Assembly (NCBI GenBank): GCA_026646885.1
Contig: JAPKHK010000010.1
Coordinates: 6,703-38,702, forward strand
Source of the DNA: Casimicrobiaceae bacterium
GTDB taxonomy: Bacteria > Pseudomonadota > Gammaproteobacteria > Burkholderiales > Casimicrobiaceae
Length of the DNA: 32,000 bases
Direction of reading: 5' to 3'
The notes under the pieces are model-generated. The model was not told where the DNA came from. It ran no database searches and saw only the letters and a list, made by a program, of their open reading frames with translations. Of this stretch, positions 24,306 to 30,124 are shown in pieces. How positions within the stretch are numbered: the first letter of the stretch is position 1; every line of letters begins with the position of its first letter. Both the position numbers and the translations under genes were made by a program.

Positions 24306-24590
24306 GTGCTGGCCGAGATCGAGTCGTGGCCTGTCGATGCCTTGGCCGACTATGCCCGCATCGTTGAATTGTTGGCCGAGCATGGGCCGTATTTGCGTAT
24401 GCCGCACTCCCGCGCTTTTGGCGACGGGCTGTTTGAGTTGAGGCCGCGTGGTCGTTCTGGTATCGGGCGGGCGTTTTATTGTTTTCTGGTGGGTCATCGG
24501 GTTGTTGTTTTGCATGCGTTCGTGAAGAAATCGCTGCAGACGCCCGATAAAGAAGTGAAGCTTGCGCGCAAGCGCATGAAGGAGGTTTGA
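24306..24590 (+). CDS. RelE/ParE-superfamily toxin, phage Gp49-like/HigB-like. The annotated GTG start lies downstream of an in-frame TAG (see findings).
   Basis: The pattern ...LAEHGPYLRMPHSRAFGDGLFELRPRGRSGIGRAFYCFLVGHRVVVLHAFVKKSLQTPDKEVKLARKRMKEV is typical of Gp49/HigB-like toxins. Followed immediately by an XRE-HTH antitoxin gene. Confidence 0.75.
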   Translation: MLAEIESWPVDALADYARIVELLAEHGPYLRMPHSRAFGDGLFELRPRGRSGIGRAFYCFLVGHRVVVLHAFVKKSLQTPDKEVKLARKRMKEV

Positions 24591-24592
24591 AA

Positions 24593-24904
24593 ATGGCCGA
24601 AATCGAATATCAACCCGTGCGTCACGACCACAAGGCGTTTTTGTCACGGGCATCAAAGCGCAAGGGTTTCACCGAGGCCTACGATAGTCTGGCTGTCGAG
24701 TATGCCCTTGCTAATCAAATGTTGGCGGCCAGAACGAAGGCTGGCCTGACTCAAGAGGCTGTTGCGTCGCTCATGGGTACAACCAAAAGCGCGATTTCTC
24801 GCCTGGAGTCTGCCGGTAAACATGCGCCCTCTCTTGCCACACTCAAGCGCTATGCGCAGGCGGTTGGGTGCAAATTGGAAATCAAGCTTGTTCGTCAGCG
24901 CTGA
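24593..24904 (+). CDS. XRE-family HTH antitoxin (HigA-like)
   Basis: The ATG at 24593 lies 7 nt after AAGGAGG. HTH LTQEAVASLMGTTKSAISRLES, plus a C-terminal LATLKRYAQAVGCKLEIKLV block typical of this antitoxin class. Confidence 0.8.
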   Translation: MAEIEYQPVRHDHKAFLSRASKRKGFTEAYDSLAVEYALANQMLAARTKAGLTQEAVASLMGTTKSAISRLESAGKHAPSLATLKRYAQAVGCKLEIKLVRQR

Positions 24905-24924
24905 AGAGCTGCCCAACCCTTCGG

Positions 24925-25439
24925 TCAACCGGACAGCCCAGAAGCTGCGCTTTTGGGTGCCCTCCGCGCTTCGCGCTCCGGCTGCCCATCCTGGCGTTTG
25001 GCGATGACGGGCGTGATGCGCGATGGCAGGCGATAGCTCCAGGCCGCCTCGGCCAGCATGCGTCGCGCGTGGCTGTTGCCGCACTTGGTGATGGCGCCGC
25101 GATGGGTGCAGGGGCCACTCCAATGCTCGCTGGGCCCCAGCCCGAGATAGGCCATCAACTGGCGCGGATGATCGTAGCGGTCGATGTCGCCGATCTCGGC
25201 CACCAGGGTGGCGGCAATCACCAGCCGCACCCCACGTAAGGCTTGCAGCGCCTCGGCCACCGGGTAGAGGCGCCAGGCGCTACGCTCTAGCGCAGCGCCG
25301 CCTCCAGGCGTTCGAGCCGTTCGCCGCCGATGGTGCCGTAGTGGCGCACCTCCCCGCGCGCATCGGCCTGCGCCAGAGCTATGTCAATCGAATCCTTGTG
25401 TACATCCATTTCGACGAAAATCGCGCTAGACTTTGTCAT
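24925..25439 (-). pseudogene. Internally deleted, frame-disrupted IS110-family transposase remnant
   Basis: N-terminal piece from ATG 25439 (AGGAGG RBS): MTKSSAIFVEMDVHKDSIDIAL... (DEDD domain start), stopping after 50 aa. C-terminal piece in another frame: LYPVAEALQALRGVRLVIAATLVAEIGDIDRYDHPRQLMAYLGLGPSEHWSG...GAITKCGNSHARRMLAEAAW (Transposase_20 block). About 150 codons of the middle are absent. Confidence 0.75.
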
Positions 25440-25581
25440 GGCCTGCCTCCTGACTCCGTGTGTTGTGCCCTCGTGCCGACCTTGTGGCCCGGCGCGGAAC
25501 CGCTCCGCGCAATCCACGATATTCCAGGAGACGGGCCACCTCACTTCAAACCATGATGTCTAGCCCGCAAAGCAAGGCCAT

Positions 25582-26184
25582 ATGCCCATCGACGACCTGA
25601 TCGCCATTCCGCTTCTAGTGATCGTCATTCCAATTGGCTTCGTCTGGGTCACACGCAACAACGCATCCATGCACCGCGCAAAGATGCTGCTGGCTTGGAG
25701 CGTGGTTGTCGGAGCCTTGGCGATGGCCTCTCTGCTCGCGACTCGCGGCGGCGGGCTTGGCGCAGCTGTCCCGGCCCTTGCTTTCCTGGGGCTTGGCTTC
25801 ATAAGCCTGGTGTTGCTGTCGTGGTCAATACAAACTGCGATTGCCGCTGCCCTGCATCGGCCGAACTTGCGCCACGACCGACCCCAAGGACGCGCACGAG
25901 GCCCGACCAACTTCGATCCAATCAACTTCCGCGGGCTACTCGCACTGATCGTCGTGAATGCGTGGATCTGGTTGCTGCTAGCAAGTTGGCTTTGGACCGG
26001 CAGTGCAACGAACCTACTTCGTCCGATCGGAATCCTCGGCCCCAGTTCACCAAGCATCTTGACTCTCGCCTCCAACCATCGTCACTTCCTGCTTCAGGTC
26101 TTTCTTCTTGCCCTTGTCGCTGTTCCTGCACTTGTAGCCCTGATCCTCATCTACCGAAGCATGGCCCGCCGAGGTCAGCTATAG
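25582..26184 (+). CDS. Hypothetical polytopic membrane protein
   Basis: 200 aa with about 5-6 hydrophobic segments separated by Arg-rich loops. No recognisable family. The antisense ORFs here look compositionally worse. Confidence 0.5.
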   Translation: MPIDDLIAIPLLVIVIPIGFVWVTRNNASMHRAKMLLAWSVVVGALAMASLLATRGGGLGAAVPALAFLGLGFISLVLLSWSIQTAIAAALHRPNLRHDRPQGRARGPTNFDPINFRGLLALIVVNAWIWLLLASWLWTGSATNLLRPIGILGPSSPSILTLASNHRHFLLQVFLLALVAVPALVALILIYRSMARRGQL

Positions 26185-26249
26185 ATTCCACGTTGCGGCC
26201 TCTCAAGAAACACACGCCAGGTGACTCTTTGTTGCACCCGACCTGCTGC

Positions 26250-26268
26250 AGCGGGCTTCACCCGCTTT
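26250..26268 (+). terminator. Possible weak rho-independent terminator after the membrane-protein gene
   Basis: AGCGGG-CTTCA-CCCGCT followed by TT only. Short stem and a poor U-tract. Confidence 0.3.
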
Positions 26269-26311
26269 GGCAGGCGGGTCAACTCAAACGTTGGGAATCT
26301 TGATTAGCGCA

Positions 26312-26340
26312 TTGACTGCACGTACGCAATAACGTACCAT
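26312..26340 (+). promoter_or_regulatory. yefM-yoeB promoter with two GTAC-core operator half-sites
   Basis: TTGACT (26312-26317), 17 nt, TACCAT (26335-26340). GTAC cores at 26322-26325 and 26334-26337 are 12 bp centre to centre. AAGGAG RBS sits before the ATG at 26368. Confidence 0.55.
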
Positions 26341-26367
26341 GTTAACTTCACCTGAAGGAGAGCGAAC

Positions 26368-26610
26368 ATGGCAGCCCTTACCGCGAGCGAAGCTCGCGCC
26401 AACCTGTATCGCCTTATCGACCAAGCAGCCGAATCACATCAGCCTATCCACATTGCGGGAAAGAGGACCAGCGCGGTTCTCCTCTCCACCGAAGACTGGG
26501 ACGCCATTCAGGAAACGCTCTATTTGCTCTCGATCCCCGGCATGCGCGAATCGATCAAGGAGGGTATGGCCGAGCCTGTTGGCAAGAGTGCCAAGAGGCT
26601 TAAGTGGTGA
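26368..26610 (+). CDS. yefM: Phd/YefM-family antitoxin
   Basis: 80 aa. TASEARANLYRLIDQAAESHQPIHIAGKRTSAVLLSTEDWDAIQETLYLLSIPGMRESI is canonical YefM. Overlaps the toxin start. Confidence 0.9.
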   Translation: MAALTASEARANLYRLIDQAAESHQPIHIAGKRTSAVLLSTEDWDAIQETLYLLSIPGMRESIKEGMAEPVGKSAKRLKW

Positions 26611-26870
26611 GTTGGCAGATCGTCTATTCGAAGCACGCACAAAAGGACGCCAAGAAACTGGTGGCCGCGGGCCTCAAGGACAAGGCGCTGGATCTGCTAG
26701 CGGTTCTCGCGGCGGACCCGTTCCAGAATCCGCCACCCTATGAAAAGCTCGTTGGTGACCTTGCCGGAACCTACTCGCGACGCATCAACATTCAGCACCG
26801 TTTGGTCTACGAGGTCTTTGCCAAGGAGCGCATTGTCCGTGTCCTTCGCCTGTGGTCGCACTACGAGTAG
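26604..26870 (+). CDS. yoeB: Txe/YoeB-family mRNA interferase toxin
   Basis: 88 aa. DPFQNPPPYEKLVGDLAGTYSRRINIQHRLVYEV...LRLWSHYE with the conserved C-terminal His-Tyr. GTG start at 26604 or 26607. Confidence 0.9.
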   Translation: MVSWQIVYSKHAQKDAKKLVAAGLKDKALDLLAVLAADPFQNPPPYEKLVGDLAGTYSRRINIQHRLVYEVFAKERIVRVLRLWSHYE

Positions 26871-26964
26871 AGGCCCAACCCGACGGTGCAGGGGCCGCTG
26901 CGCGATAAAGCCGCGCCGCGCCCCTGACCTTGAACGCTGGGCTTGCTGAAAGGGAGCTTGACGC

Positions 26965-28071
26965 ATGACTTCCCGAAGAGAATTCGTTGTTAGCGCGCTG
27001 ACCGCCGCCGGCGCAATGGCAGGCCTGCCGTCGTGCTCATCGGAGCCCGGTGCAGACAGCTATGAAGCTGTTGCGGATCGCACTTGGCGCCACAGCAAGG
27101 CAGTCGTTGGCGACAAGACTGCTCTTTTGCATGAGCTCGTGCGCTACGCGACTTTGGCGCCGTCAAGCCACAACACGCAATGCTGGAAGTTCCGCCTTGA
27201 GGATGGCGCCATCTCGATACTGCCGGACCTTACGCGCCGGTGTCCTGCCGTCGATCCGGATGATCACCACCTATTCGTCTCCCTCGGGTGCGCTGCCGAA
27301 AACCTGATCCAGGCTGCTCTGGCGAACGGACTGATGGGGCAATCCGGTTTCGACGCCGCAGCGGGCAATGCACTGCGTGTGGCTTTCGAACCGGCAAAGC
27401 CCGTCGCCTCATCGCTGTTTCTGGCGATACCCGAGCGGCAGAGCACACGCGGCGAGTATGACGGGCATCCCCTCGCCCGAAATGAACTCGAACTGTTAGA
27501 GGAGGCCGGTACTGGCAAAGGCGTTCAGGTGATTGTCCTGACCGAGCGCAAAGCCATCGAGGCGGTCCTGGAGTACGTTGTTCGAGGCAACACGGCCCAG
27601 ATGAACGATCCTGCCTTCGTCGATGAATTGAAGAAATGGATACGCTTCAGCGGCGGCGAGGCCGTTCGAACGGGCGATGGGCTGTATGCTGCATCGTCCG
27701 GCAATCCGACTGCGCCGACATGGCTGGGTAGCCTGCTTTTCCACTTGTTCTTTACCCCGAAGAACGAAAACGACAAGTACGCGAAACACCTGCGAAGTTC
27801 GGCCGGCATTGCGATATTCGTCTCGGACTCCCCGGGCCCGGCCCAGTGGGTGGAAGTGGGTCGCTGCTACGAGCGCTTCGCGCTCCAGTCGGCGGCCTTG
27901 GGCATTCGCAATGCGATGATCAATCAACCCGTGGAGGTACCGACGCTTCGGCCGCAGTTTGCGGCTTTCCTCGGTATCGGAACACGCAGGCCCGATCTTG
28001 TCGTTCGTTTCGGGCGCGGCCCGAAACTGCCTGCTTCGCTGCGCCGTCCGGTCAAGGCGGTGCTGCTTTGA
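26965..28071 (+). CDS. Acg-type nitroreductase-family (FMN-binding) protein with a Tat-like signal and a possible lipobox
   Basis: N-terminus MTSRREFVVSALTAAGAMAGLPSC (twin-Arg, then LPSC). Nitroreductase motif YATLAPSSHNTQCWKF. The ~370 aa two-lobed size resembles Acg-family proteins. Confidence 0.8.
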   Translation: MTSRREFVVSALTAAGAMAGLPSCSSEPGADSYEAVADRTWRHSKAVVGDKTALLHELVRYATLAPSSHNTQCWKFRLEDGAISILPDLTRRCPAVDPDDHHLFVSLGCAAENLIQAALANGLMGQSGFDAAAGNALRVAFEPAKPVASSLFLAIPERQSTRGEYDGHPLARNELELLEEAGTGKGVQVIVLTERKAIEAVLEYVVRGNTAQMNDPAFVDELKKWIRFSGGEAVRTGDGLYAASSGNPTAPTWLGSLLFHLFFTPKNENDKYAKHLRSSAGIAIFVSDSPGPAQWVEVGRCYERFALQSAALGIRNAMINQPVEVPTLRPQFAAFLGIGTRRPDLVVRFGRGPKLPASLRRPVKAVLL

Positions 28072-28376
28072 GTTCGCGCGGCCCCGCGACCCGTGATCGA
28101 TCTGATCGGATATCTCATTCATTATCCATTCTTTCCGGCAACCCGGTAAAAGAACCTGGCGCTGTGCTTCAGAATCTCCGGGCCTGTGCGCAAGGCAGAA
28201 GCTCTGACTTCGCCGACTCGTTTGCGTCAATTGATGGCGACCCCGGGAGCCATCAGAACACACAAGCGGCGACGAAACGATACGCAATGGCGCATACCGA
28301 AGCACAAAGACGCCCATTCGTGGCAGACTCGCTGTGCCGTACCTCGGCAGGCCAGCACCTTGCGACAGGAGCAAGA

Positions 28377-29075
28377 ATGCCGCGACTGATCTTTCCGCTT
28401 TTGTTGTGGCTATCCGCCAGCGCGGCCTTGGCCGTGCAAGACTGCGAAGTCAATGGCCAGTCGGTAAACCCCGCCAACGGTTTCACGACCCAGGGCAAAA
28501 CCGGCCTCATGCGCTGTCGCGATCGCGACAGCGGTCAGTTGGTGCGCGAAGAAGAACTGAAGGGCGGCAAGTTCATCGGTTTGGTACGCCACTATGAAAA
28601 CGGCAAGCTCATCCGCGAGCGCAGCGTCAACGACAAGGGCAACAGCGAAGGCCGCGACCGCGAACGCACCAAGGAGTTTCAGCGCGAATATCACGACAGC
28701 GGCGCCCTCACCCGCGAACAGCGCTGGGGGCCGGAGGGGCTGGCAAGCGACAAGACTTGGTACCTCAACTGCCAACCGCGAAAAGAGCATCGTTATGTCC
28801 GGCAAGAGGGCCGCGCGGTGTGCCTGATCACCGAATATGACGACAACGGCAAGCCCAAAATCGAGGGCAGCTACGCCGTCGAGCGCGGCGCACTCACCCA
28901 GGCGCTGGGCCTTTGGCGCTACCACGACGTCGAAGGGCGGCTCAGAAAGGAAATAGAATACGATGCCAAGGGCCGTGCCAAACGCGAGCGCGAATTGAAT
29001 GAACAGGGCAAGGTCGTGCGCGATGATGGCTTGTTCGAGGATGGGTCGCGCAAGGCTTATGCGGCGCCGAGGTGA
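28377..29075 (+). CDS. Exported MORN-variant / YwqK-like repeat protein
   Basis: The ATG at 28377 lies 5 nt after AGGAG. Signal peptide MPRLIFPLLLWLSASAALA. Repeats of the G-x-x-x-x-Y-x-N-G-K-L type (GLVRHYENGKLIRE, ITEYDDNGKPKIEG, WRYHDVEGRLRKEIEYDAKG). The upstream part of track ORF 27846-29075 overlaps the nitroreductase gene and is rejected. Confidence 0.7.
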   Translation: MPRLIFPLLLWLSASAALAVQDCEVNGQSVNPANGFTTQGKTGLMRCRDRDSGQLVREEELKGGKFIGLVRHYENGKLIRERSVNDKGNSEGRDRERTKEFQREYHDSGALTREQRWGPEGLASDKTWYLNCQPRKEHRYVRQEGRAVCLITEYDDNGKPKIEGSYAVERGALTQALGLWRYHDVEGRLRKEIEYDAKGRAKRERELNEQGKVVRDDGLFEDGSRKAYAAPR

Positions 29076-29349
29076 GGGTTTGGGTCTGCGCGAGTACATC
29101 GGCCTCATTCTCACCGTTGCGGCTATTGCCACCGCGCCCTTTGGCTATTGGCTCAGCCCCAGGTGGTATCTGCTTGCCCTGCTGCTCGGCGTGCCCGGAA
29201 CCGCACTCTTCATTACGGCCAGAAACGCGCGGCGATTTGATCCATCCTGCGACACCGATGTCGATGCTCCGCTCCCACTGAACGAACTGCGCGGCTTCGC
29301 CGCAGGCAAGGCACTTGACCGTTTCCCTGAGGAACTTGACGGCGACTGA
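29059..29349 (+). CDS. Small two-TM membrane protein (hypothetical). The start is uncertain: ATG 29059 or TTG 29080.
   Basis: Two hydrophobic helices (YIGLILTVAAIATAPFGYWL ; WYLLALLLGVPGTALFI) and an acidic tail. Overlaps the end of the MORN gene. No family recognised. Confidence 0.4.
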   Translation: MRRRGEGLGLREYIGLILTVAAIATAPFGYWLSPRWYLLALLLGVPGTALFITARNARRFDPSCDTDVDAPLPLNELRGFAAGKALDRFPEELDGD

Positions 29350-29354
29350 GTCGC

Positions 29355-29384
29355 GGGCAAGGCGCGAAGGCACCTTGCCCGTTT
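29355..29384 (+). terminator. Possible rho-independent terminator
   Basis: GGGCAAGG-N10-CCTTGCCC followed by GTTT. An 8-bp GC-rich stem, but a short T tract. Confidence 0.35.
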
Positions 29385-29548
29385 GGGGAGAACGGCAAGA
29401 AGGGCGATGCGCGCAAGTATTAACCTGCGCCTTGCGCTACCATTGCGCCTTTACCCACCCTCCCCTAGCCCATCGTCATGTTCGCACTTCCGCCCTTCTC
29501 TGGCCCCCAGTATCGCGCGCCGGCGTTCTCGGCGGTGCTTGCCGCCTC

Positions 29549-30124
29549 ATGAGTGAAGCGACCGCTCCCGGCGGCGCCGTCACGCAGTTGCTGGCTGCCG
29601 CGCAGGGCGGTGACGACGCCGCGGTCGGTCGGGTCTGCGAATTGCTCTATCGCGACTTGCATGGTCTCGCCCGCGCTCGCTTGCGGGCGCAGCAAACGCT
29701 GACGCTACTCGACACCACCGCGCTGGTGCATGAATCTTTCCTGCGGCTCCTGAAGGCGGGCGAGGTGGCCATTCCCGACCGCGGTCGTTTCATGGCTTAC
29801 GCCGCTCGCGTCATGCATAGCGTGGTGGTCGATGTCGTGCGCGCGAAACATGCCGAGCGGCGCGGCGGCGATTTGGCTCGGGTGACGCTCGATACGCAAC
29901 TGTCCGATAGCTTGACCGCCAGCGAAGAAGACGTGCTGCGTTTGTCGGAAGCCATCGAACACCTGCGCGCCATCGATGCGCGCGCCATGCAAGTGGTGGA
30001 AATGCGCTATTTCGCCGGCATGGAAGAAACCGAAATCGCCGCTGCGCTGAGTCTCACGGAACGCACCGTCCGCCGCGATTGGCAAAAAGCCAAAATGCTT
30101 TTGCGTGCGGCGCTCGACTCATGA
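29549..30124 (+). CDS. ECF-type RNA polymerase sigma factor of the class that is paired with Ser/Thr kinases
   Basis: Start at ATG 29549, giving 191 aa. VTQLLAAAQGGDDAA...LYRDLHGLARARL...TALVHESFLRLL...RFMAYAARVMHSVVVDVVRAKHAERRGG...VEMRYFAGMEETEIAAALSLTERTVRRDWQKAKMLL. Sigma region 2 and region 4 HTH. Its stop overlaps the kinase ATG. Confidence 0.85.
   Translation: MSEATAPGGAVTQLLAAAQGGDDAAVGRVCELLYRDLHGLARARLRAQQTLTLLDTTALVHESFLRLLKAGEVAIPDRGRFMAYAARVMHSVVVDVVRAKHAERRGGDLARVTLDTQLSDSLTASEEDVLRLSEAIEHLRAIDARAMQVVEMRYFAGMEETEIAAALSLTERTVRRDWQKAKMLLRAALDS

Noticed and set aside
27846-28376. Upstream 177 codons of track ORF 27846-29075
   Set aside because: This part overlaps the 3-prime end of the nitroreductase gene and is Arg/Ser/Ala-rich. 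The ATG at 28377 has an AGGAG RBS and begins a proper signal peptide.
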